DNA from: an uncultured Clostridia bacterium
GTDB taxonomy: Bacteria > Bacillota > Clostridia > Christensenellales > DTU072
DNA length: 64,000 nt
NCBI GenBank assembly: GCA_944349655.1
Contig: CALVNL010000004.1
Location: 8,819 to 72,818, forward strand
Direction of reading: 5' to 3'
Position numbers and translations under genes: made by a program. Each line of letters opens with the position of its first letter. Positions within the stretch are counted from its first letter, which is position 1. The notes under the pieces are model-generated. The model did no database searches and was not told the origin of the DNA. It saw only the letters and a list, made by a program, of their open reading frames with translations. Shown piece after piece: positions 1 through 8,615 of the stretch.

Positions 1-2
1 CA

Positions 3-305
3 AACATCTGCGTACCCGTCAGCGTGGAGCCTTACGCAAGAGCGGGCGCGACCCTCACTAAGTGTTGCGGGACCCCCACGGTCATTCCCGGCAGACAGAT
101 TTGCGGGGGGATAAAGAACGGTATTTGTTCTTTTACTCTTTCTCAGAGCGTATGCGTAGCCGTCCCCGTGGAGTTCGGTGCGAACGCAATAGTCGGAGAA
201 GCCTACGTCGATTGCCTCGACGCTTCCGCAGAAGACATCTGCACCGATTGCAGCTTCTCGCCTGCGCCTGCGCCTGCGGCAATTAACGAAGAAACTATTC
301 TCTGA
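3..305 (+). CDS. Small cysteine-rich protein, 5' end cut by the window edge (paralogue of 324..605)
   Basis: The frame is open from nt 3 (NICVPVSVEPYARAG...) with no upstream stop. It shares the blocks C.V..P..V.A.A..G then CCG.P.V, and a later C....V.VP...A.V..DC block, with the next ORF. No family recognised. Confidence 0.5.
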   Translation, partial: NICVPVSVEPYARAGATLTKCCGTPTVIPGRQICGGIKNGICSFTLSQSVCVAVPVEFGANAIVGEAYVDCLDASAEDICTDCSFSPAPAPAAINEETIL

Positions 306-323
306 GATTAAGGAGGAAGCACA

Positions 324-605
324 ATGACAAAACCGAATCCGAACAAACACTGTAAAGACGATTGCGTGCGTACCGCGGTACGCTACTGCGAAGTGGCGTT
401 GCCGATGGACGTTTCGGCAAAAGCCGAAATAGGACGCGTGGAAACCTGTTGCTGCGGAGAACCTGCCGTGGAAGCCCAAGAGAAAAACAACGGATGCCGA
501 CTGGTAGTGCGGCAAAGATTGAAAATAAGCGTTCCGATAGTTTACGAAGCCGTGGTAACGACCGATTGCCCGCAATGCTTCTGTAAAGACGGGGATTGCC
601 ATTGA
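324..605 (+). CDS. Small cysteine-rich protein (93 aa, 11 Cys), paralogue of the preceding ORF
   Basis: Strong RBS AAGGAGGA 6 nt before the ATG. CCCGEPAV and C-terminal CPQCFCKDGDCH motifs. A hairpin terminator follows. Confidence 0.55.
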   Translation: MTKPNPNKHCKDDCVRTAVRYCEVALPMDVSAKAEIGRVETCCCGEPAVEAQEKNNGCRLVVRQRLKISVPIVYEAVVTTDCPQCFCKDGDCH

Positions 606-610
606 AAAAA

Positions 611-642
611 AGCCGACCGAAACATTTTTTCGGTTGGCTTTA
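611..642 (+). terminator. Hairpin terminator after the Cys-rich gene pair
   Basis: AGCCGACCGAAA-cattt-TTTCGGTTGGCT stem (one G.U pair) flanked by an A-run and a short T-run. Confidence 0.55.
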
Positions 643-691
643 CATAATTGTATAATGTAATAAACGGAAGGATTTTTCATAAAATAAAATT

Positions 692-1162
692 ATGAAAAAT
701 TTTTTCATAAAATATAAATACGGTTTTATTTCCGTAGCGTTCATTATCTTAGTAAGCGTACTGGGCGGAGTCTTCGTCAGGAGGGGGGACGACTTTTTCT
801 CCACGGTCACAAAACCTACGCAATGGGTTCCCGATTTCGTTTTTGCGGTAGTATGGACTTTGATTTATGTCATATACGCCGTGACGTTTTTCCATTTTTC
901 GGGAGAAGGTTTACTCGATAAAAAACTCGTTTTTATCGGGCTGATAAACGGATTACTCAACGTTTTGTGGTGTCTTGTTTATTTTGCTTTAGGAAACAGT
1001 TTCGGAGGTATCGTAATAATCATAATCAATGCTTTTTTCGCAACTTTTTTAGCAAAACTGATTATCGAAAAAGGACAAAAACTCACATTTTTATGTTGGT
1101 TATATCCTTTATGGCTTTATCTTGCCACGGCGTTGAACCTTGCCGTCTGGATTTTGAATTAG
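692..1162 (+). CDS. tspO: TspO/MBR family tryptophan-rich sensory membrane protein
   Basis: 156 aa with about 5 hydrophobic helices. KPTQWVPDFVFAVVWTLIY and C-terminal YPLWLYLATALNLAVW match the TspO pattern. Confidence 0.8.
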   Translation: MKNFFIKYKYGFISVAFIILVSVLGGVFVRRGDDFFSTVTKPTQWVPDFVFAVVWTLIYVIYAVTFFHFSGEGLLDKKLVFIGLINGLLNVLWCLVYFALGNSFGGIVIIIINAFFATFLAKLIIEKGQKLTFLCWLYPLWLYLATALNLAVWILN

Positions 1163-1297
1163 GGCGAAAATTAATTAAAAATAGAAAAATTCGAGCAAAA
1201 AAGCTCACGTTAACATAAATTAACGGCATAACGGTTGAATGTCGTAAGGCTTTATGATATAATTAGAAAAAATATTTTCTTATATATCAGGAGACCA

Positions 1298-2458
1298 ATG
1301 AAACAGCGTATTTATCTGAGTTCTCCGCATATGGGCGGAGAAGAAATGAAGTACGTACAGGAAGCGTTCGATACTAACTGGGTAGCTCCTCTCGGCAAGA
1401 ACGTGGAAATGTTCGAAAAAGAAATGTGCGATTATGTGGGCAGACCTTACGCAGTCGCCCTTGCCAGCGGTACCGCTGCCATTCACCTGGGGTTAAAGTA
1501 TCTCGGAGTGAAAGAAGGCGATACCGTTTTTTGTTCCAGTTTTACCTTCAGCGGCAGCTGCAACCCTATCGCTTACCTCGGGGCTAAACCGGTTTTTATC
1601 GATTGCGACTACGACAGTTACAATATGAGTCCCGAAGCGTTGGAGAAGGCTTATTCGGTGTATCCCGACCCCAAAGCGATCGTCATCGTAAATCTTTACG
1701 GACAGCCGGCAAAGTTCGACGAACTTAAAGCCATAGCTTCCGCTCACGGAACTCCCATACTGGAAGATTCCGCCGAAAGTTTAGGTGCGTCTTATAAAGG
1801 CGTCAAAACGGGTACCTTCGGAGACATTTCCATTTTCTCTTTCAACGGAAATAAAATCATAACCACTTCGGGCGGCGGTATGCTTATGTGTAACGACGAA
1901 GCGACCCGAAAAAAAGTTCTTTTCTGGGCTACGCAGTCGAGAGAGCCGTTCCCTTGGTATCAGCACGAAGAGATCGGTTACAACTACCGTATGAGCAACG
2001 TTTGCGCAGGGATAGGGCGCGGACAGCTGAAAGTCCTCGACGAAAGAGTGAAAAGGAAAAGAGAAATTAACGCGCTTTACCGCAAGGCTTTCGCCGATAA
2101 TCCCTATATAGACGTCATACCGACTTTCGAGGGGGCGGAGTCTTCCTACTGGCTGACGGGAGCCACTCTCACAAAAGACTGTAAGGCTTCTTTTATGGAC
2201 ATTATCGACGCACTGAACGCCGAAAACATAGAAAGCCGTCCCGCCTGGAAACCCATGCATATGCAACCTGTGTTCGCCGATTGCGGTTTTGTCACTCATC
2301 TTACAGATGAACAACGTAAGAAAAGCGGTTTCGGAAGCGTATGCGAGGACCTTTTTTCGAGGAGTTTGTGTTTGCCAAGCGACACCAAAATGACGGACGA
2401 AGACGTCTTGTTCGTGGCAAGCGTGGTGAATAAGACAATTTACGACAAGCAGAAATAA
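1298..2458 (+). CDS. DegT/DnrJ/EryC1/StrS-family sugar aminotransferase (PglE/EpsN-like)
   Basis: ATG at 1298 is preceded by AGGAGA. N-terminus MKQRIYLSSPHMGGEEMKYVQEAFDTNWVAPLG and FSFNGNKIITTSGGG (PLP-Lys region) are typical. The ORF-track start at 1235 is an extension with no RBS. Confidence 0.9.
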   Translation: MKQRIYLSSPHMGGEEMKYVQEAFDTNWVAPLGKNVEMFEKEMCDYVGRPYAVALASGTAAIHLGLKYLGVKEGDTVFCSSFTFSGSCNPIAYLGAKPVFIDCDYDSYNMSPEALEKAYSVYPDPKAIVIVNLYGQPAKFDELKAIASAHGTPILEDSAESLGASYKGVKTGTFGDISIFSFNGNKIITTSGGGMLMCNDEATRKKVLFWATQSREPFPWYQHEEIGYNYRMSNVCAGIGRGQLKVLDERVKRKREINALYRKAFADNPYIDVIPTFEGAESSYWLTGATLTKDCKASFMDIIDALNAENIESRPAWKPMHMQPVFADCGFVTHLTDEQRKKSGFGSVCEDLFSRSLCLPSDTKMTDEDVLFVASVVNKTIYDKQK

Positions 2459-2461
2459 TTT

Positions 2462-4030
2462 ATGTACAGACACTTTTTCAAACCGTTATTTGATTTTTTA
2501 TTGAGTTTTATCGCATTGATATTACTTTCGCCGTTTTTTATCCTTTTTACGCCGATAGTGGCACTCGCAATGAAAGGAAATCCTTTCTTCGTGCAGAAAC
2601 GGCCGGGTAAAAACGGAAAAATTTTCCGTATGATAAAGTATCGTACGATGACCAACGCCAAAGACAAAGACGGCGTTTTGCTTCCCGACGAAAAACGCCT
2701 GACTTCCTTCGGTAAGTTGATGAGGAAATTTTCTTTGGACGAACTTCCCGAGATATTCAATATTTTCTTAGGACAGATGAGTATTGTGGGACCGAGGCCT
2801 TTGCTGGTGTCGTATCTCCCGCTTTACAACGATTTTCAGGCAAGACGCCACGAAGTAAGACCGGGGCTTACCGGGTGGGCGCAGGTCAGCGGCAGAAACG
2901 CCATTTCCTGGGAACAGAAATTCGCTAAAGACGTGGAATACGTCGATAATATGAGTTTCGCTTTCGACGTAAAAATCTTTTTCCTGACCATTGCCAAGGT
3001 ATTCAAAAGAGAAGGGATAAGTCAGGAAGGTCAAGCCACGATGGAAGTTTTTACCGGAACGCCGAAGAAAGAAATCAACGTGCTTATACTCAGCGCGGGC
3101 AGAAGAGTGGAACTTGTAAAACTTTTCAAAGAAGCCCGCGACAGATTGGGTTACGGGGGTAAAGTAGTGGCGGTGGATCTTTCCGATACCGCGCCCGCTC
3201 TTTATTTTGCCGACGAACATTATTTTCTTCCGAGGATAGGCGCCGACGGTTATATCGACAAATTGATAGAAATTTGTAAAACCTGTAAAATAAATTTAAT
3301 CGTTCCGACCATCGATACCGAACTTATGTTGCTTGCGGAAGAGAGGGAACATATAGAGAGGGAAACGGGTGCTTTGATCAATATCGGCAGTAAGGAGTGC
3401 GTGGATATTTGTTGCGACAAAACCTTGACGGCGGAATTTTTTGCCGAAAACGGTTTCAACGCTCCTTATACCTATACCGAAGAAGAATTGAACGAGGGAA
3501 AATACTCCTTCCCGTTGTTTATCAAACCGAGGGACGGAAGTTCAAGTATCAACGCTTTCAAAGTGGAGAACGAACAGCAGTTGAGATTTTTCCTTAGTTA
3601 CGTCAAAAAGCCCATAGTGCAGGAGTGCGTCAACGGAAAGGAATATACGGTGGACGCCTTTATCGACTTCGAAGGCAACATAATAAGCGTGGTTCCGAGA
3701 ATAAGGTTAGCGGTAAGAAGCGGAGAAATCCTTAAAGGCGAAATAGATATGAACGAAGCCATCATTTCCGACGTTACGAAGATGATAAAAAAACTCCGTC
3801 CTTCGGGGCATATAACGGTGCAGGGCTTTTTCGGAGAAGACGGGATAATGCGTTATATCGAAATAAATCCCCGTTTCGGCGGCGGAGCTCCGATGAGTAT
3901 AAGAGCCGGAGCCGATACCTGCGAATGGTTGTACAGGATAGTCGCCGGAGAAAAAATCGACGCGTCAAAAGTGAAGATAGCCGACGGAGCCGTATATGTG
4001 CGTTTTGACGACAGCGTGAGGGTAAAGTGA
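2462..4030 (+). CDS. Fusion protein: PglC-type (small, monotopic) phosphoglycosyl transferase + ATP-grasp ligase domain
   Basis: Residues 1-~200 have one N-terminal membrane helix, KRPGKNGKIF.MIKYRTM, DELPE, VGPRP and PGLTGWAQVSGRN (bacterial sugar transferase). Residues ~205-522 have LILSAGRRVELVK, FIKPRDGSSS and EINPRFGGG (ATP-grasp). One uninterrupted frame. Confidence 0.85.
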   Translation: MYRHFFKPLFDFLLSFIALILLSPFFILFTPIVALAMKGNPFFVQKRPGKNGKIFRMIKYRTMTNAKDKDGVLLPDEKRLTSFGKLMRKFSLDELPEIFNIFLGQMSIVGPRPLLVSYLPLYNDFQARRHEVRPGLTGWAQVSGRNAISWEQKFAKDVEYVDNMSFAFDVKIFFLTIAKVFKREGISQEGQATMEVFTGTPKKEINVLILSAGRRVELVKLFKEARDRLGYGGKVVAVDLSDTAPALYFADEHYFLPRIGADGYIDKLIEICKTCKINLIVPTIDTELMLLAEEREHIERETGALINIGSKECVDICCDKTLTAEFFAENGFNAPYTYTEEELNEGKYSFPLFIKPRDGSSSINAFKVENEQQLRFFLSYVKKPIVQECVNGKEYTVDAFIDFEGNIISVVPRIRLAVRSGEILKGEIDMNEAIISDVTKMIKKLRPSGHITVQGFFGEDGIMRYIEINPRFGGGAPMSIRAGADTCEWLYRIVAGEKIDASKVKIADGAVYVRFDDSVRVK

Positions 4031-4704
4031 TAAAGGCGTTTGTTTTCGACCTTGACGACACGCTTTTTCCCGAAAAAGAATACGTCCGTTCGGGGTTTCG
4101 GACAGTGGCGGAATATTTCGGAAAAACCTACGGCGTGAAGGAAGCGTATCCGAAACTTCAAAGGCTTTTTGCCGAAAACGCCAAGGGAGTTTTCGACAGG
4201 CTGTGCGAGGAAGAAAAACTTTCCGAAGGAGCGAAAAAAGAGGCAATAGATATATACCGTACTCATCGTCCCGAAAGCCTGCGTTACGCAGACGGAGCGG
4301 AAGAACTTCTGAAACATCTCAGAAAAAACGGTTACCGTCTCGGGATAATCACCGACGGACGACCTTTCGCTCAACAGGCAAAAATCGACGCTTTGGGAGT
4401 AACCGACCTGGTGGACGAAATTATAATAACCGACGCTTTAGGCGGAGAGGAGTACCGCAAACCCAACCCGTACGCTTTCCGCCTTATGACGGAAAAATTA
4501 GGGGTAAAGGCTGAGGAGACCGTTTACGTCGGGGACAATCCGCAAAAGGATTTTGCGATAAAGAAATATTTGCCCGTCACCACGGTAAGGGTGCTCGGAG
4601 AAGGGCTTTACGCGGATAAGGAATATCTTTACGGGATAAAACCCGATATTACGATAAATAATTTACAGGAACTCAAGGGAGGAACGGTTTTATGGCCGAA
4701 ATAA
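4027..4704 (+). CDS. HAD-superfamily hydrolase (phosphatase-like)
   Basis: GTG start overlaps the upstream stop (GTGA). HAD motif I FDLDDTLF, RKPNP and VGDNPQKD. Confidence 0.8.
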   Translation: MIKAFVFDLDDTLFPEKEYVRSGFRTVAEYFGKTYGVKEAYPKLQRLFAENAKGVFDRLCEEEKLSEGAKKEAIDIYRTHRPESLRYADGAEELLKHLRKNGYRLGIITDGRPFAQQAKIDALGVTDLVDEIIITDALGGEEYRKPNPYAFRLMTEKLGVKAEETVYVGDNPQKDFAIKKYLPVTTVRVLGEGLYADKEYLYGIKPDITINNLQELKGGTVLWPK

Positions 4705-5486
4705 TTTCCGAAGAAAAAAAATACGCGGAATTCGTACATGGCAATCTTTTCAGATTACTTATGTTTTTTCACGATATATGTAAAAAAGAAGGGATAAAGT
4801 ATTCTCTTTACGCCGGGTCAATGCTCGGCGCCGTCCGTCATAAGGGGTTTATACCGTGGGACGACGATATCGACATAATAATGCCGAGGAAAGAACTCCT
4901 CAGGCTGAAAGAGGTGGTGGACGAATATCTTGTCGGCACGGATTATTTTTTCAATCATACCGCAGACAGAGTGGCGGAGATAAATTATAAAAACGGCGCC
5001 ATAACCTTTAACGGAAAAAACGTTTCGGGAATGGGACTGGATATATATATTATCGACAATCTTCCCGACGACCCTAAAGAAAGAAGAAGATTTCTTTTCC
5101 GCTTGAAAATGTATCAGGGAATGATGAAAAAGGGTAAAATCAACTGGAAAAGATATAATCTTAAAGGTAAAATACTTGTTTTCGGAACGAGGCTTTTGGG
5201 AGCGGGAAAATCGCTCAAGAAAATTTGCGACGAATACGACGTTCTGTCGCAGAAATATAACGACAGGGTCACGAAGCAGTGTTTCGTAAGCAACGACTCA
5301 TACGACTGGATGAAATTTTCATACGATCAGAACGCTTTTTCGGAATACATAACCGTTCCGTTCGAGACCGGAGAAGCCGATATTTTAAGCAATTACGATT
5401 ATTTCCTGAAAATGGAATACGGAGATTATATGAAACTTCCTCCGGAGGAAGAACGCCACTTTTTCCACACTTGTTTGGAGGAATAA
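4692..5486 (+). CDS. licD: LicD-family phosphotransferase (copy 1)
   Basis: Signature YAGSMLGAVRHKGFIPWDDDIDIIM. Overlaps the HAD gene by 13 nt. Confidence 0.85.
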   Translation: MAEIISEEKKYAEFVHGNLFRLLMFFHDICKKEGIKYSLYAGSMLGAVRHKGFIPWDDDIDIIMPRKELLRLKEVVDEYLVGTDYFFNHTADRVAEINYKNGAITFNGKNVSGMGLDIYIIDNLPDDPKERRRFLFRLKMYQGMMKKGKINWKRYNLKGKILVFGTRLLGAGKSLKKICDEYDVLSQKYNDRVTKQCFVSNDSYDWMKFSYDQNAFSEYITVPFETGEADILSNYDYFLKMEYGDYMKLPPEEERHFFHTCLEE

Positions 5487-5489
5487 CAG

Positions 5490-6329
5490 ATGAAATTCGC
5501 AAACACCGAAGACGCATTGAAATACGTTCAAACCGATATTTTAAGGGAAATAGACAGGATATGCAACAAACACGATTTACGCTATTATCTTGCCTACGGT
5601 ACCCTTATCGGAGCGGTCAGACACAAAGGTTTTATCCCGTGGGACGACGATATCGATATAATGATGCCCTACGAGGATATGTTGAAATTTGCCGAAATTT
5701 GCAAAACCGAACTGGGCGAAAAATATTTTTATCAGTCTCCGGAAACGGAAAAGGAATACCGTCTTACCATTAACAGAGTAAGGCGGAACGGGTCGGTGCT
5801 TTCCGAACCCGCCCTTGTCGGGAAGAACGTTCACCAAGGTATTATGGTGGATATTTATCCTCTGTTCGGAGCGGAAGAAGGGAAAATAAAACGTCTTATC
5901 CAAGTAATAAGAGCTATGAAAAGGGCGTTGTATATGCTGGACGAACCGGTCAGAAATCACGGTACGCTGATGAAAATCGGTTCGTCTTTTCTGTTAAAGA
6001 TTAAAACCGCAAAAGGAAAGGAGACCGCCGCAAAAAGACTCACCGCCCGTCTTGCGAAAAAAACTTTCGACAGTTCCGAATACGTCACCGTTCTTGACAG
6101 CGGCATAAAGGAAATGAGCACCACTTATAAAAAAGAGTGGTTCGGACCCGGCGTAAAGGCGCCTTTCGGCGAAGAGGAATTTTCCGTTCCCTGCGACGCC
6201 GATGCGGTACTGAGAAAATATTTCGGCGATTATACCGTTCTGCCTCCGGAGGACGAAAGGAAATATCACCACGATTATCTGGAAATAGTGTTGCCCGAGG
6301 ACGTGGAAATCGAAGGAGGAAAACAATGA
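5490..6329 (+). CDS. licD: LicD-family phosphotransferase (copy 2)
   Basis: Signature AYGTLIGAVRHKGFIPWDDDIDIMM. GGAGG RBS upstream. Confidence 0.85.
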   Translation: MKFANTEDALKYVQTDILREIDRICNKHDLRYYLAYGTLIGAVRHKGFIPWDDDIDIMMPYEDMLKFAEICKTELGEKYFYQSPETEKEYRLTINRVRRNGSVLSEPALVGKNVHQGIMVDIYPLFGAEEGKIKRLIQVIRAMKRALYMLDEPVRNHGTLMKIGSSFLLKIKTAKGKETAAKRLTARLAKKTFDSSEYVTVLDSGIKEMSTTYKKEWFGPGVKAPFGEEEFSVPCDADAVLRKYFGDYTVLPPEDERKYHHDYLEIVLPEDVEIEGGKQ

Positions 6330-7549
6330 ACGTACTCTTTCTTACAATAGGTCAAATACCCGATCTTCATACCCCGAGCGTGCATATAGACCTTATCAGG
6401 GAACTCCGTAAAAGCGGACACGAAGTATCGGTTTTGTGCACCCGAGAAAAGCGTTTAGGGTTACCCACGGAGCTTTCAGAAGAAGACGGGGTCAAAATTC
6501 TGAGGCTCAGGATAGGCAATCTCACCAAGTGTTCGATGATAGAAAAAGGTATAAACACCGTTCTCATCGAAGGACAGTTCAAGCGAGCCATAAGAAAGTA
6601 TTTCGGCGCGGATCGATACGATCTGGTGATATACAACACGCCGCCCATAACTTTGGCGGGAGCGGTCAAGTACGCTAAAAGGAAATTCCGTTGCCGTTCT
6701 TATCTGATATTGAAGGATATTTTCCCGCAGAACGCCGTCGATATAGGCATAATGTCGACGAGCGGTATAAGCGGTCTGCTTTATAAATTGTTTCGCCGTA
6801 AGGAAATTCAGCTTTATTCCGCATCCGACAGGATAGGCTGTATGAGCAGAGCAAACAAAGAGTATCTCTTGCGGCACAATCCTTACTTGGAAGAAAAGAA
6901 CGTGGAAATTTTCCCGAATGCGGTATTCAGCGATACTTTGTCGCACAGACGGAAAAAAGATAGGTCGCTCCTTGAAAAATACGGTATAGCCGCCGACCGT
7001 CCCGTTTTTATTTACGGCGGAAATTTAGGTAAGCCGCAGGGGCTGGAGTTCTTTGCCGAAGCGTTGAAAGGGATATCGGACAAGATCGATTGCTCTTTCG
7101 TGATAGCCGGCAGCGGAACGGAAAAGGAAAAATTCTTTAAGGCGGTAAACGGGTTGAAAAACGTTTATCCGATAAATTATCTGCCTTACGAAGAGTATGA
7201 AAATCTATGCGCCTCCTGCGACGTGGGACTGGTTATGCTGGATTACCGTTTTACCATTCCGAATTATCCGTCGAGGATATTGAGCTATATGGAAAACGCA
7301 ATGCCCGTGCTTGCCTGCACGGACCCTAATACCGATGTGAAAGAATTAGTGGAAGAGGAAGCCGTCTGCGGGAAATGGTGTCCGTCGAACGACGTTGACG
7401 CTTTTGCCGAAAGCGTCAGATGGTTTGCGGAGAATACCGATAAATTTACCGAATTGGGCGGAAACGGCAGAAAGTATTTCGAAGAAAATTTCGTTGCCGA
7501 CAAAAATATAGAAAAATTGGAAAAATTTATAAACGAACGGAGAGCTTAG
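6326..7549 (+). CDS. GT4-family glycosyltransferase (WbuB-like, the type that accompanies fnlABC)
   Basis: The ATG overlaps the licD stop (ATGA) and has a GGAGGA RBS. N-terminus MNVLFLTIGQ... with a GT-B layout. The ORF-track start at 6137 is an Arg-rich extension lying inside licD. Confidence 0.75.
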   Translation: MNVLFLTIGQIPDLHTPSVHIDLIRELRKSGHEVSVLCTREKRLGLPTELSEEDGVKILRLRIGNLTKCSMIEKGINTVLIEGQFKRAIRKYFGADRYDLVIYNTPPITLAGAVKYAKRKFRCRSYLILKDIFPQNAVDIGIMSTSGISGLLYKLFRRKEIQLYSASDRIGCMSRANKEYLLRHNPYLEEKNVEIFPNAVFSDTLSHRRKKDRSLLEKYGIAADRPVFIYGGNLGKPQGLEFFAEALKGISDKIDCSFVIAGSGTEKEKFFKAVNGLKNVYPINYLPYEEYENLCASCDVGLVMLDYRFTIPNYPSRILSYMENAMPVLACTDPNTDVKELVEEEAVCGKWCPSNDVDAFAESVRWFAENTDKFTELGGNGRKYFEENFVADKNIEKLEKFINERRA

Positions 7550-7550
7550 T

Positions 7551-8615
7551 ATGAGAGATTTATTTACGGTGGGACCGGTCAATATGTTCGAAAGAAGTTT
7601 GCGCGTCGCGTCGGAGCCTATTCCGTATTTTCGCAATCAGGCGTTCAGCGACGTTATGACGGAAATCAAGGAAGATTTTTTGTCATTTCTCAATGCGCCC
7701 GAGGGCAGCGGATTTGTTTTGCTGACGTCTTCGGGGACAGGGGGAATGGAAGCTGCCGTTATGAATTTATGCAAGCAAGGGGATACCGTTCTCGTAATAA
7801 ACGGCGGTACTTTCGGAGCAAGATTTGCCGAAATAGTATCTTTGCACGGATTCCGTTTGCTGGAGTGTAAAATACCTTTCGACGAAGACCTTACCGAAGC
7901 GACGCTCGCGCCGTTTGAAAATGAAAAAATCGACGTCGTTTGCGTAAATATTCACGAAACGTCGGTAGGCAAACTTTACGACGGAAAACTTCTGGGCGAG
8001 TTCGCCCGCAGGAAGGGCGCTTTGTTTATCGTAGACGCCATAAGTTCCTTCCTTGCCGACGAAATCGATATGAGGGAATTCAACGCCGACGTCATAATCA
8101 CGGGCAGTCAGAAAGCCCTTGCGGTCGACGCGGGAGTAAGTCTTATAGCGCTTTCGCCCGAAGCCGTGAAAAAACAAGCGGAAGTAAATTGCCGCAGTCT
8201 TTATTTCGGATTCGGAAATTACCTTAAGGATATGGAGAGAGGGCAGACTCCCTTCACCCCTGCGGTGGGGACGGTCCTGACCATTCAGGACAGAATGAGA
8301 GGTATTAAGGAAAAAGGCTTGCAAAGCGAAATCGACCGTTGCAAAACCTTGGCTGAATATTGCCGCAAAGCAATAAAGAAACTTCCTTTGAGCGTTCCTT
8401 CCTATCGGAAGTCGAACTGCCTTACGCCGATAATTTTCGCCGACGGGCAGGCAAAGGCAATGAACGAATATCTCGTTAAAAATTACGATATTCACATTAC
8501 GCCCAGCGGAGGCGCGAACGCCGACAGACTGGCAAGAATCGGTCATATCGGCAATCACGATATAGCCGGACTGGACAGACTTATCAAAGCTATGGAGGAA
8601 TTTTACGGATTATGA
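7551..8615 (+). CDS. Class-V PLP-dependent aminotransferase (AGXT/PhnW-like), substrate unknown
   Basis: TSSGTGGMEAAV, FIVDAISSF and ITGSQKAL (PLP lysine region). 354 aa. Confidence 0.75.
   Translation: MRDLFTVGPVNMFERSLRVASEPIPYFRNQAFSDVMTEIKEDFLSFLNAPEGSGFVLLTSSGTGGMEAAVMNLCKQGDTVLVINGGTFGARFAEIVSLHGFRLLECKIPFDEDLTEATLAPFENEKIDVVCVNIHETSVGKLYDGKLLGEFARRKGALFIVDAISSFLADEIDMREFNADVIITGSQKALAVDAGVSLIALSPEAVKKQAEVNCRSLYFGFGNYLKDMERGQTPFTPAVGTVLTIQDRMRGIKEKGLQSEIDRCKTLAEYCRKAIKKLPLSVPSYRKSNCLTPIIFADGQAKAMNEYLVKNYDIHITPSGGANADRLARIGHIGNHDIAGLDRLIKAMEEFYGL

Noticed and set aside
6137-6325. N-terminal 63-aa extension of the GT4 ORF (track start 6137); similar upstream extensions occur at 1235, 27693, 49420, 56268 and 61463
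   Set aside because: The extensions overlap the preceding gene or regulatory hairpins, are Arg-rich or hydrophobic nonsense, and lack an RBS. In each case an internal ATG or GTG with a good Shine-Dalgarno gives the family-typical N-terminus.
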